From a virus (lineage: Duplodnaviria > Caudoviricetes), in IMG/VR virus record IMGVR_UViG_3300025061_000001, positions 1-57,516 of that record: a stretch of 57,516 bases of DNA; one strand, given 5' to 3'. The position numbers and the translations under genes were made by a program. The notes below the pieces were generated by a model. That model worked only from the letters and a program-made list of their open reading frames with translations. It ran no database searches and was not told where the DNA came from. Numbering within the stretch: position 1 is the first letter of the stretch; each line of letters begins with the position of its first letter. This document shows positions 48,068 to 56,868 of this stretch, piece by piece.

Positions 48068-48540
48068 AACATCACCCCGTTTTCTTGAAGTTTACGAATA
48101 AGCCAGTCACGAACATCAAAGCACGGACACTCTTTTATATACTCATCAGGCGTGATTTTTCCGTCGTTGTTTATGTCAGGACTGAAATCTCTATGACCAC
48201 ATACATTCGCATAAGGTATTCCATATTCAGAGTGCAGTTCACAAATTAAAGCATAAAGAGCGTGTTTCTGTGCTCGTGAATAATTGTCCTCTGCTTTTCC
48301 GTTTTCATTTAAACCACCAACAAGGCAAATTCCGACGTTGTCTTTGTTGTGCCCGTATACGTGAGCGCCCTGAACATTTATGGGTCTGCCTTCTTCAACG
48401 CTACCATCCGTACGAATAACAAAGTGATAACCTATGTCAGACCAGCCACGCTTCAAGTGCATCTTACGAATGTCTTCTGCGGTTAGATAGGTCTTAGGTT
48501 GCGACGCGCTGGAATGTACGGTAATTCTTTTAGGGATCAT
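48064..48540 (-). CDS. Endolysin, N-acetylmuramoyl-L-alanine amidase (T7 lysozyme-like)
   Basis: VHSSA, WSDIGYHFVI, GAHVYGHN, GHRD, KECPCFDV. Confidence 0.93.
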   Translation of the reverse strand: MIPKRITVHSSASQPKTYLTAEDIRKMHLKRGWSDIGYHFVIRTDGSVEEGRPINVQGAHVYGHNKDNVGICLVGGLNENGKAEDNYSRAQKHALYALICELHSEYGIPYANVCGHRDFSPDINNDGKITPDEYIKECPCFDVRDWLIRKLQENGVML

Positions 48541-49082
48541 TCTACTACTCGCTTCTTAAGTTCGGTTTGTTGTGCTGATGCTGCTTGCTCCCACTGTTCA
48601 ACAGTTCCAACAGCAGGGACAACCATAACACGATTTGAAACTTCAGAGTTTGTTTTCTCTTCTTTGTCAAGCTTGTAAATTTTAGCAAGTGCAGTAAGTG
48701 CAGCAACGCGTGAAGAATGTGCAGAGCCAGGCCCTTTGAAAAACGCTTCACGAAAAAGACCGGATACTATTCGTTGCTTGTCTGTTTCTTCGTCATGGGG
48801 TTTAAACCCATCAGGTAAATTTGAAAGGTCGTCTTTGTCGCGTGTGCTTAGGTGAACAGCGCGTGCAGCTTCTGCGTCTGCTATACCGCGCTTCACATAA
48901 GGTTCTTCCATCAGGATTTGTGCTTGCTCTAAAGCTATTTCATCCACATAACCTAAACGGACGCAAGCGGCGTATGAATTGTAATCGCGTAAGTATTCAG
49001 CGATAAATTTGTCGCGAAGCTCCTTATCGCTTTGACTATAAGAAACTTCGCCAGTGACAAACCTGTTAGGGTCGTAAGTCAT
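48537..49082 (-). CDS. terS: Terminase small subunit
   Basis: FIAEYLRDYNSYAACVRLGY HTH-like N-terminus; upstream of terL. Confidence 0.75.
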   Translation of the reverse strand: MTYDPNRFVTGEVSYSQSDKELRDKFIAEYLRDYNSYAACVRLGYVDEIALEQAQILMEEPYVKRGIADAEAARAVHLSTRDKDDLSNLPDGFKPHDEETDKQRIVSGLFREAFFKGPGSAHSSRVAALTALAKIYKLDKEEKTNSEVSNRVMVVPAVGTVEQWEQAASAQQTELKKRVVE

Positions 49083-49184
49083 GTTGGCTCCTACTATTGA
49101 CGGGTAAACATAGGTAAATCTATATTATTTGTGAGCATACTAGCTCACACCCTACGAGATACGCAATAGAAAAGCCAAGTTTAA

Positions 49185-49718
49185 TTAAAATGACAGGTTA
49201 TTAATTGCACTTCTGCAATTAGGTGATACAGGTACTCCCACTCTAACCTCACGGCCAATAAGCTCGCTAGCATTACCCACACGCGCCATAGCTTCCCTTA
49301 GTTTTTCAGCGTCAAATTTGGTTCTCACACAGTCAGCACCTTGCAAAGTAAATGAGCCAGGCACAGTAGTAGCAACGCCTGTCAAGTTATCGAGTGGTGT
49401 TATTTCTAACCGTTCACGTAGTTTATCAATGTTTGCTTGCACCATTTCCATCTGACTTTCATTTAGAATTGTGCGCTTACCATCAATAAGCGAATTGAGG
49501 CGGATTCGTTTAAATTCAATTAAACCCATAAGCTTAAGCACACCAACAATACGCGCATCAATTTGAATGTCGGTGTTGTTATACACCCACACCAAATAGT
49601 CACGACCGCTCGGATCATCAAGTAGTTGTTTACCTGTCCAACCCTGTCGCTTACCAAAAGTCAACATTTCATCCATCTGTACAATATTACTCATTTCGTG
49701 TCTCCTATGTGACCACAA
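49185..49718 (-). CDS. Hypothetical protein with N-terminal FGKxxG...YLxW motif
   Basis: ORF; probable start at MSNIV after AGGAG. Confidence 0.65.
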   Translation of the reverse strand: MWSHRRHEMSNIVQMDEMLTFGKRQGWTGKQLLDDPSGRDYLVWVYNNTDIQIDARIVGVLKLMGLIEFKRIRLNSLIDGKRTILNESQMEMVQANIDKLRERLEITPLDNLTGVATTVPGSFTLQGADCVRTKFDAEKLREAMARVGNASELIGREVRVGVPVSPNCRSAINNLSF

Positions 49719-49789
49719 TTAATGTTCGTTAAGTATACCGTATCCGCGCATTCAAACAAGATTACACGAACCGCGGCACAAATTACACA

Positions 49790-50100
49790 TAAAGTAACCT
49801 TAAATGTTACTCGCTTTAAAGTATCATTTGATTTAACTTTTTAAAAATATTAACAAAAAAAATATAATAAAAACATATACTTATAATATATATATTTTTA
49901 TTTATTTATATTAATTAGTATTCAAATAGCTATTTAGGCTAATACTCGTAACCAAGTAACCATATACACATATATCAATCAAAATAGTGGGTATATGTGC
50001 TTTTTTAGGTTACGAGGTTACTTTCGTTAATTTTTCCTTATAAAACAAAGTGTTACGAGGTTACGAGCTTGTGTTTTCCGAGGTTACGAGGTTACGAGCT
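49790..50100. other. Putative replication origin B, homologous to locus A
   Basis: Eight GGTTAC plus two TGTTAC copies, AT-rich tract at about 49830-49925, shared flanking words with 2260-2620. Confidence 0.65.
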
Positions 50101-50124
50101 TTTTCCTGTATCACCTGTTTGACT

Positions 50125-51201
50125 TTATTTACTATGTGATAGCGACCAGTCTGCCCGATACAAGTCTATGAACATTTCACGAGTGATTTCTTCGCAGCCT
50201 TGCTCAATATAAACTTGAGCTTCATTCTGCCAATCAATTAAAATGCTGTCGCTAGGGTCGTGCCGTAAGTAAACAGCTTCTATGTCTAGTCTCCATTTAT
50301 CAAAACGTGGCGACCTTGGTACTTTTTGGCCAGGCACAGGTATGCCAACGTATTGCATCACTTTACCCTTGTAGAACTCGCTGTCTTCCCATATACGCAT
50401 ACGATCAACATCGGTTAACCCTTTGGTGAGCGATACCTTATGTATTTCCCCAATTTGCGGACAGTACACCACAGCGGTCTGAGCCATTCCTGAGCCTTGC
50501 TTCATATTTTTGTCTTGGCGCTTTTTGAGATAACCTAGTTCGTTAACTTCGCTTTCGCACAGGTTGTGCTGACGCTCAATAATATCTAGTACGACAGCAT
50601 CGTAAGTTTCTTCGGGTTTAATACGCGTAAACAGCTCTTGCTTAAGCGTGCTGCGTCCGTGCTTGTATGCACCGTCAGCACGCTTTAAACAGAAACCCTC
50701 GTAACCGTGCTCAATTGCCCATACGTAAGCGTCTGTAATGTCCTGAGCGCTTTGCATAAGCGTTTGCTCGCACGCTAGCACCATGTTTAACCCTAATCGC
50801 TGTAATTCACCCACAGCGAACTTATAGAACTGCACGCGCTGCGAAAATGGTGCGTCCGGTTGACTTGGTACGTAACAGTCAAAAACATAGAACTGAAGCT
50901 GGCGTGCGTCTATATTACCGTCACCCCGTATACAGCTATCAATACGATTAAATGTCCAGCCATGTACGTACAGCTCACCTTCAAGATAGATACCGTTTTC
51001 TAAGCAATATTGTTCGATACGTTGAAAGTCAAGGCGCTGATATAGCTCGGAATTGTTAAGTGCTTTTAAGCTGCGACCCACCAGCCCGTCTTCAGGTGTG
51101 AATATTGCACGCACACCTTCAAGCTTAAGTGAACCGAACTGCTCAGTTTTAAGGTCTTCAGGCTTGCTGTTAACCGCTAACATAGGTTTAAATGTGGTCA
51201 T
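50125..51201 (-). CDS. ATP-dependent DNA ligase
   Basis: KPMLA, KLEGVR, LEGELY, FYVFD, EGFCLK, YKHGRS, RIKP, PRSPRF. Confidence 0.88.
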   Translation of the reverse strand: MTTFKPMLAVNSKPEDLKTEQFGSLKLEGVRAIFTPEDGLVGRSLKALNNSELYQRLDFQRIEQYCLENGIYLEGELYVHGWTFNRIDSCIRGDGNIDARQLQFYVFDCYVPSQPDAPFSQRVQFYKFAVGELQRLGLNMVLACEQTLMQSAQDITDAYVWAIEHGYEGFCLKRADGAYKHGRSTLKQELFTRIKPEETYDAVVLDIIERQHNLCESEVNELGYLKKRQDKNMKQGSGMAQTAVVYCPQIGEIHKVSLTKGLTDVDRMRIWEDSEFYKGKVMQYVGIPVPGQKVPRSPRFDKWRLDIEAVYLRHDPSDSILIDWQNEAQVYIEQGCEEITREMFIDLYRADWSLSHSK

Positions 51202-51377
51202 TATCGATCCTCATAATATATGACCCTTACTTCGCCACAAAATTTGCTGTGAGTACGGTAGAACTCAATCTCAGCAACTTTGTCTAAGTTGTCATCGTTC
51301 GGGTCTAGGTTGTTTAAAGCTCTGTTAAAAGTTATTTCATCTTTAATGGCTAATAACTCTTCAAGCGTGAATGGCAT
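51201..51377 (-). CDS. Small hypothetical protein
   Basis: ATG 51377 with GGAGG RBS, coupled to the ligase gene. Confidence 0.6.
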   Translation of the reverse strand: MPFTLEELLAIKDEITFNRALNNLDPNDDNLDKVAEIEFYRTHSKFCGEVRVIYYEDR

Positions 51378-51394
51378 TACTTTCCTCCAAAAAC

Positions 51395-51423
51395 AAAAAA
51401 GGGCAGCCGAAGCCACCCCTTTA
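51395..51423 (-). terminator. Intrinsic terminator (cUUCGg loop)
   Basis: GC stem with TTCG loop and T6 tail on the - strand. Confidence 0.7.
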
Positions 51424-51446
51424 TTATAAGTCAATTACTGAACCAG

Positions 51447-51728
51447 TCAAGTATTGAGTCCTAACGGTTTTCGCGACCGCCTATTCTGCCATAAACCCTT
51501 AATGCTTATGCTTATCCAGAACACCTCAATTATAAACGAGCCAAGGTTGAAATGTACACATAAGCTTATGATAAGAAACACAGCCCCGCTTAAGTTGACC
51601 ACATTAAATATATCGCTTTGGCTGTCCCATTTACCATCAACCGTTTGATAGAACGCTAACACCACAAGTCCCATTCCAATTAACCCTATTAGATGCGCTA
51701 ACATACTAATCATTGCGTGTCTCCTCAA
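51447..51728 (-). CDS. CBU_0592-like small membrane protein
   Basis: Three TM segments; NLSGA and IIEVFWISIS motifs. Confidence 0.65.
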   Translation of the reverse strand: MRRHAMISMLAHLIGLIGMGLVVLAFYQTVDGKWDSQSDIFNVVNLSGAVFLIISLCVHFNLGSFIIEVFWISISIKGLWQNRRSRKPLGLNT

Positions 51729-52143
51729 TGTAATGCAATAATCTTTGTTCGAACCAGTTAATGAAGTCTTCTTTAGTCATTTCAACGCGTGCGTTTACGT
51801 AACCGCTGCCACCAGTGTGTATCCAACCCATTGTTAAGAACCGCCATTGCTTACGGTTCTGCCTAAACATAACAACAGGGACTTGATTGTCAGCGCAAGC
51901 TTTTGTTACTTGTGCCCACCATTTATTGAGCAGCAAGTTTTCTTGACGTTTAATCTCCAACGCTAACCAAGGCAAGCCGTCAATATCGTAACCGCCCAAA
52001 GCGCTTTGATTTTGATTTCGGAAAAGCTGTATCGGCTCAACACCAGCAAGTTCACAAACATTATCAATGATAGGTTGTAAAAACTTGATAGCTTCGCGCT
52101 CACCAGCTTTACCTTTGTTTAAGACGTGAATACCCATACTCAC
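51706..52143 (-). CDS. Holliday junction resolvase-like PD-(D/E)XK nuclease
   Basis: KGKAGERE, GGYDI, LEIKRQE, WWAQ, PVVMFRQNR. Confidence 0.75.
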   Translation of the reverse strand: MSMGIHVLNKGKAGEREAIKFLQPIIDNVCELAGVEPIQLFRNQNQSALGGYDIDGLPWLALEIKRQENLLLNKWWAQVTKACADNQVPVVMFRQNRKQWRFLTMGWIHTGGSGYVNARVEMTKEDFINWFEQRLLHYIEETRND

Positions 52144-52559
52144 TCCTCAAGTTTGTAATCAAGAGCAGGAGCTTCAATTACTTCGTAGTCAATTACCCAT
52201 GATAATAACTGGTGCTCACCTTTCTCAGGTGACATGCTATAACGGTAATGACGTGAAGGGTCATAAATAGTAACCTTACCACCACGAGTGTCAGCTAGTA
52301 TTTGATGAAACATGCCTGGCGTGTTAAGTGAAGGCACAAGTAACATATAAATACGATTGAATAATAAGGTGTTTCGATCCTCAGTTCGTCGCACCTTAAC
52401 ACCATGCTGAGCTAAATATTCTTCAGGGGTTTTAAGGTAGTTGGTAAAGTCTTTATGAAATTCATCGACTACTTGTTCAGCGGGTAACGCTAACAGCATG
52501 GCGCAACATGTAGCGACACAAGCGTCATGACCTGTTTGGCTCAAATGTTTTATAGACAT
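52140..52559 (-). CDS. Peptidase C39-like (papain fold) protein
   Basis: Q....ACVATCCAM, H, and IYDP catalytic pattern. Confidence 0.6.
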   Translation of the reverse strand: MSIKHLSQTGHDACVATCCAMLLALPAEQVVDEFHKDFTNYLKTPEEYLAQHGVKVRRTEDRNTLLFNRIYMLLVPSLNTPGMFHQILADTRGGKVTIYDPSRHYRYSMSPEKGEHQLLSWVIDYEVIEAPALDYKLEE

Positions 52560-52588
52560 TTTTGTTTCCTTTTATTGACGGGTTTGCA

Positions 52589-52617
52589 ATGGTACAGCCG
52601 CCCGTTATAAAAATCAA
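52589..52617 (-). promoter_or_regulatory. Sigma70-like promoter
   Basis: TTGATT-17-TACCAT upstream of the ATG at 52559. Confidence 0.55.
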
Positions 52618-52808
52618 TCGGGTTGCTGTACGCAATTTTAAGGGGGTTTTGTGGTTTAGGGTAAACAAGTGCATTACCCCACCAGCAAAAACGCGCTGTG
52701 TGCTGCTAGCGCGTTAATAAATACACGAACTCGCAAGCTAAAAGCAGCAGTAAGCAACCGCCACCAATAGCTAACGAATATGATATGTATGCTAACCAGA
52801 AGCGTACA

Positions 52809-53273
52809 TTAGTTGACATATTTAGTTTCCTTACACCACTTAACATAAGTCGAGCGTGATACTTTCGCTTTGCTGCACGCTTCGTGAAAGCCCATACCTT
52901 GAAGGCGGTAATGGTGCGCAAGCTCACAACGTATTACAGCGCGTGTACGTTTAGTTTTGACCACAATACCTAGCGCTTCGCCTGCGCGATAGTACGTGCT
53001 GGCAGCAATGCCAATTTTTTCACAGGCTGCGACCACTTCACCACCAGCATCGACAATGCTTTTGACCTGTTCAATTTTTGTACGCCACTTCTCTAAGCGC
53101 AATCGACCAAAGCCAATAACAATTCGGTGCAAACGTTCGTCATAATTTGCATAGCGGTCGACAGTATCAAGCGACAGGTTGCAAGCTTTTGCAAGCTGTC
53201 GTTTTGTGGTCACTTTACCCTCAAGCGCGTACATGCGCTCAAGCTTTTGCTGATCGAGTTGAGTTGTACGCAT
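52809..53273 (-). CDS. Multi-HTH DNA-binding protein
   Basis: Three HTH-like segments (LAKACNLSLDTV, ACEKIGIAASTYY, ACSKAKVSRSTY). Confidence 0.65.
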   Translation of the reverse strand: MRTTQLDQQKLERMYALEGKVTTKRQLAKACNLSLDTVDRYANYDERLHRIVIGFGRLRLEKWRTKIEQVKSIVDAGGEVVAACEKIGIAASTYYRAGEALGIVVKTKRTRAVIRCELAHHYRLQGMGFHEACSKAKVSRSTYVKWCKETKYVN

Positions 53274-53484
53274 CTAGAAAACCCTTCTTAAGAACATCAC
53301 CAGTAAACACAAGGGTATATATCGCATCTTTACAATGAGCGAAAATTTGCCCGTGCTTGTTATCCAATTTCTCAATCGGCCCTGACATAATAAGTTTGCT
53401 TGAATTAGGTTTACCCCCACACATCGCACGCGTGCGCGTCGACAGTGTAGGGTCAACAATTGTCTTTTCAACTTTACTTTTCAT
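53239..53484 (-). CDS. Hypothetical protein
   Basis: 81-aa ORF overlapping neighbours. Confidence 0.55.
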   Translation of the reverse strand: MKSKVEKTIVDPTLSTRTRAMCGGKPNSSKLIMSGPIEKLDNKHGQIFAHCKDAIYTLVFTGDVLKKGFLDAYNSTRSAKA

Positions 53485-53998
53485 GAGTGATACCTTTGTT
53501 AACGGGTGTAGGGGTAATTCGTGCAGCTAACGCTTGCTGGCGTGCTAACGCATCCCAGTCTATATCGCTGCCGTTATGATCGCTTTCTTCAGCTTCGCCG
53601 TATAGGTCATTGGCTTGTATGAAAGCTTTTGTGGTGTCTTCAAGGTGCTGCTTAAAAGCCGCACGCATTACAGACCACCATAGTTCAATTTCGGCTGCCT
53701 GGCTTTTGGTGCATTCAACACCGACCTGACGCTGACGTGCGCCGCTGCGATACATTGTGCTGATATTGGTAGCTTTCCAAACGGTGTTAATTAGCACTGA
53801 CTTGGTTAGCTTGCAATCATAACGAAACCAGTATGTTGAAACCTTTTCGTCTTCGCTTATAAGGTCTTCAATGGCCACATTATGCTTAGCGCACAACGCC
53901 TCGATTCGGCGCTGTGCATTTGAAGCTTCATGCTTGTTGCTGCTTTCGCTTAAGGCTAATAGCTTCATCAAACGTAATTTTAGTTTTTCGTTCATCAA
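53474..53998 (-). CDS. DUF2786-domain protein
   Basis: KLLALSESSNKHEASNA...LCAKHN. Confidence 0.75.
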   Translation of the reverse strand: MMNEKLKLRLMKLLALSESSNKHEASNAQRRIEALCAKHNVAIEDLISEDEKVSTYWFRYDCKLTKSVLINTVWKATNISTMYRSGARQRQVGVECTKSQAAEIELWWSVMRAAFKQHLEDTTKAFIQANDLYGEAEESDHNGSDIDWDALARQQALAARITPTPVNKGITHEK

Positions 53999-54001
53999 TT
54001 T

Positions 54002-54253
54002 TTACCCGTTAATAACTAAGTCAAGTTCGTTGCGCATACTATACACTTCATGAAATGCGCGAACGGTGTCTATACTAACACCTTCGACAGCTTTTGCAAC
54101 TATTGGCGCCATTTCTTTTTCAAATTGTGACGTAAGGGTTTCCATAATACGTCTGTAACACTCTTTTTGAATGTTTTCTGATAGCATAAGCTCAAGTTGC
54201 TTTACTGTGTCTTGCATATTGTTCATGCGTCCGTACCTCGTGATTCTACCCAC
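54002..54253 (-). CDS. Hypothetical protein
   Basis: ORF in packed operon; start uncertain. Confidence 0.6.
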   Translation of the reverse strand: MGRITRYGRMNNMQDTVKQLELMLSENIQKECYRRIMETLTSQFEKEMAPIVAKAVEGVSIDTVRAFHEVYSMRNELDLVING

Positions 54254-54459
54254 ATAATGAACATGTCGTAACTGTCAAAATCAGTCCCTTCGCTTTCGTT
54301 AAATATATCGACTGCATTTTCCAAAATACCTTGCCAGGCGCCATCAGGCGCGTCGTCGTGGTTATGCGCGTCCATAAAGTTAAGACAGTCTTCAATTTGA
54401 CCGTCACGTATACGCCGCTTATTGTGTCTCATGCGTTCTCCCGTAAGTATTTTAACCAT
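54223..54459 (-). CDS. Small acidic hypothetical protein
   Basis: ORF; probable start at MRHNK after GGAG. Confidence 0.6.
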   Translation of the reverse strand: MVKILTGERMRHNKRRIRDGQIEDCLNFMDAHNHDDAPDGAWQGILENAVDIFNESEGTDFDSYDMFIMWVESRGTDA

Positions 54460-54971
54460 AAGTCAAAATAGAATGTTAACTGCTTTGAACGGTCATGTCT
54501 ACCCTGATGGTGACGCACAAAGTCTTTTTTATTTTGCAGCTTATCAGCCATAAGCAAAATGTATGTGTCGCGTGTAGGTAAATGTGGCTTTACCTTCATG
54601 TGTACGTCAGTCGTTGTACTTACCCAATCATTTTCAGGTGTACACAGATAAGCATTAGCACAACGCGAATAACTAACAGCCAGTTCAACTACACGTGGCG
54701 GTAAATGCTCAACCAAAGGTTTCCACATTTCAGGTCTGTGTACGTCAGGCTGTATGATTGGGTGAATGCAAAAAGCAGCTTTTAGAATATCGCATTCATG
54801 CTCACGACAAGTGAACCACGTATAGCACAGCGTGTCGATAATAGCACACCCTTCGTAAATGTGGTTGATAAGGGGTACACGCGAACGCTCAGCACGCTTT
54901 TTACCATAAAAGTGTTCGATAGCTGCTAACGCTTCGAAATAGCAATTTTTATTCTGTGACATATTCAACAC
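54429..54971 (-). CDS. Divergent HD-fold (SpoT/Mesh1-like) protein
   Basis: PLINH, AAFCIHP, LMADKLQN pattern. Confidence 0.55.
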   Translation of the reverse strand: MLNMSQNKNCYFEALAAIEHFYGKKRAERSRVPLINHIYEGCAIIDTLCYTWFTCREHECDILKAAFCIHPIIQPDVHRPEMWKPLVEHLPPRVVELAVSYSRCANAYLCTPENDWVSTTTDVHMKVKPHLPTRDTYILLMADKLQNKKDFVRHHQGRHDRSKQLTFYFDLWLKYLRENA

Positions 54972-55182
54972 CTACTAGCTTGAAATAAGAAATACGTACG
55001 ACCGCGACTGGGTTATCGTGGTCAACAATAGTTGTGAGCATAGTACAAAGACCTGTATCACCCTTATGTAAGTTGCGATACTTACGCGCCAGGCGTTTAA
55101 CGGCTGCGTGCGGGTCTTTATTTGCAAGGTATGAAGCCAGGCACATTGTGACCAACATGTCGAGCGGGTTTGCGGTTTGCAT
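54949..55182 (-). CDS. Hypothetical protein
   Basis: 77 aa, GAGGT RBS. Confidence 0.65.
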   Translation of the reverse strand: MQTANPLDMLVTMCLASYLANKDPHAAVKRLARKYRNLHKGDTGLCTMLTTIVDHDNPVAVVRISYFKLVGVEYVTE

Positions 55183-55196
55183 AATTACCTCAAGTC

Positions 55197-55217
55197 AAAA
55201 AGGGGCCGAAGCCCCTT
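55197..55217 (-). terminator. Intrinsic terminator (cUUCGg loop)
   Basis: AAGGGG-CTTCGG-CCCCTTTTT. Confidence 0.8.
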
Positions 55218-55220
55218 GCG

Positions 55221-55418
55221 TTATTTAACCAGCTTTGAAAGCTCTACCTGTAACTGAGCGTTGAACTCGGCCCAAAACTTGTTGACCAAACTGACCTTTT
55301 CGCTTTCGCCTACTTCACCGAAAACATCTTCACGTGCGTTAGCCATTTCAACAATCGTGCGAGCTGCGTCTTCCGCGCGAAGTTGCATTTGAGCTTTTAA
55401 AGTTTGTACGTCTTTCAT
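55221..55418 (-). CDS. Small hypothetical protein in its own transcription unit
   Basis: Own promoter, AAGGA RBS and terminator. Confidence 0.7.
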   Translation of the reverse strand: MKDVQTLKAQMQLRAEDAARTIVEMANAREDVFGEVGESEKVSLVNKFWAEFNAQLQVELSKLVK

Positions 55419-55464
55419 TTAATTTCCTTGTTAAGGGTTTGAGCCATTCCCAAACCACAAAGCA

Positions 55465-55493
55465 AATATCACAGACGATGCGTCAAAGGTCAA
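55465..55493 (-). promoter_or_regulatory. Sigma70-like promoter
   Basis: TTGACC-17-GATATT. Confidence 0.55.
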
Positions 55494-55953
55494 CGCTATT
55501 TGCTAAAAAACCTAACATAAATGTCGAAGTCATATCAGTAGCTTTGTTGATATGTACTTCGGTTGGTTTATAAGTGGCGGTATTAGTACACACTTCAGCC
55601 GCTTTTAATAAGTTACGATACGAGTTACTAGTGACCACAAATATTTCAGATTTAAGGTCGCGCTCGCGGTCGTATGCTTCGCTAGCTAATACGTCATTTA
55701 GATTGTTAAAATCGTAACCGTTTTCATCACATATGATAACAGGTTTACCAAGTAGCGCAACGCCAGGCACAGGTTCGCAGTAAATGCGCTGTAAGGTTGC
55801 GTACGACGCTTTAAACTCAACAGGCATACTACCAGCGTCAACAGTAACGATGTAGTCGCTGTGTACCGTAGGTGGGTTATTAAGGGGTATTGCACTTAGC
55901 ACCTTACAAATACCAAGGTCACAGCGAATATACACACCATTAAAATTTTTCAT
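55483..55953 (-). CDS. Hypothetical protein
   Basis: 156 aa, AAGGTGA RBS. Confidence 0.7.
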   Translation of the reverse strand: MKNFNGVYIRCDLGICKVLSAIPLNNPPTVHSDYIVTVDAGSMPVEFKASYATLQRIYCEPVPGVALLGKPVIICDENGYDFNNLNDVLASEAYDRERDLKSEIFVVTSNSYRNLLKAAEVCTNTATYKPTEVHINKATDMTSTFMLGFLANSVDL

Positions 55954-55975
55954 ATTATCACCTTATTGCAGATAC

Positions 55976-56005
55976 AAAAAAGCCTGGCCGCTAAGCCAGG
56001 CTTTT
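55976..56005 (-). terminator. Intrinsic terminator (possibly bidirectional)
   Basis: AAAAAAGCCTGGC-CGCTAA-GCCAGGCTTTT. Confidence 0.8.
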
Positions 56006-56012
56006 GTTTAGT

Positions 56013-56276
56013 TTAAGAAATGATTAAGTAACCGTCGAAGTCTGCGTCACCTTTAGCAACTACCGTATGAACGAAGTTATGAGCTTCAGTTTCATCATAC
56101 TCAAACATAGGGGTGACAACTGCTAAACCACCAGTAAGCGCGAAGCTTTCGATAGTTAGCTGCTCTTGAGCTTCGATTGCCTTTTCAAGCATAGCTTCAG
56201 TGTTGTTAAAAGAAAAAACAATGTCACCTTTAGCTAAGTTTTCAACAATTTTAATTGATACGTTCATATTTATCAC
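56013..56276 (-). CDS. Small acidic hypothetical protein in its own transcription unit
   Basis: Promoter, AAGGTGA RBS and terminator flank it. Confidence 0.7.
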   Translation of the reverse strand: MINMNVSIKIVENLAKGDIVFSFNNTEAMLEKAIEAQEQLTIESFALTGGLAVVTPMFEYDETEAHNFVHTVVAKGDADFDGYLIIS

Positions 56277-56317
56277 CTTTTGGTTTTGTTAAGCACCATT
56301 GCCTAACTGATAAATAC

Positions 56318-56345
56318 ATTATACATCATACTTGACACACATCAA
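56318..56345 (-). promoter_or_regulatory. Sigma70-like promoter
   Basis: TTGATG-16-TATAAT. Confidence 0.6.
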
Positions 56346-56567
56346 CTAAATTCTATTAAAAGATACAAATTCCACATCCGTACGTGAAATTCTTCTTGGT
56401 ACACGGTCTGCAAGCACTACCATGGCATCCCTACGAATAACTTCCATGGTTGCTTCTTGCTCAGGCATTAGCGATGTGCGCGTTATCATATCATGCCACC
56501 AGCTATAATCACCGCTATCATCGTTATGTGCTACTCTTACAGAAAAGAAGTATTTACGCTTAATCAT
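56346..56567 (-). CDS. Hypothetical protein
   Basis: 73 aa, AAGGA RBS. Confidence 0.65.
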   Translation of the reverse strand: MIKRKYFFSVRVAHNDDSGDYSWWHDMITRTSLMPEQEATMEVIRRDAMVVLADRVPRRISRTDVEFVSFNRI

Positions 56568-56569
56568 AA

Positions 56570-56770
56570 TTAATCCTTAGTTGTTAGTTCGCTTAATTGC
56601 GATTTAAGTTCTGCCACTATGTCTTCCGGCATGTCACCATAGTTAAGAAGCTGGTGGCACCCATCAATGACCCTTTGCATGTGGTCAATGTGCGCTTGCG
56701 CTTTGCGCTTTTCACACAGTGTACCACAGCAGAAGGTTTCACTCTTGGGGTCGGTTAGGTTAACCCTCAT
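56570..56770 (-). CDS. Hypothetical protein
   Basis: 66 aa, AAGGAG RBS. Confidence 0.65.
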   Translation of the reverse strand: MRVNLTDPKSETFCCGTLCEKRKAQAHIDHMQRVIDGCHQLLNYGDMPEDIVAELKSQLSELTTKD

Positions 56771-56868
56771 TTATTCTCCTTACATGTTGCGCCAAAACTT
56801 ACTCGATTTCTTGTCAATAATTTTCGGTGCGAACTTCATAGTGTAGAATATGTAGCTGGCTCTGAACA

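Noticed and set aside
52706..52927. 73-aa ORF overlapping the multi-HTH gene by 119 nt
   Set aside because: The full-length call is unlikely; a shorter hydrophobic peptide from the internal MSTNV start is possible but unsupported
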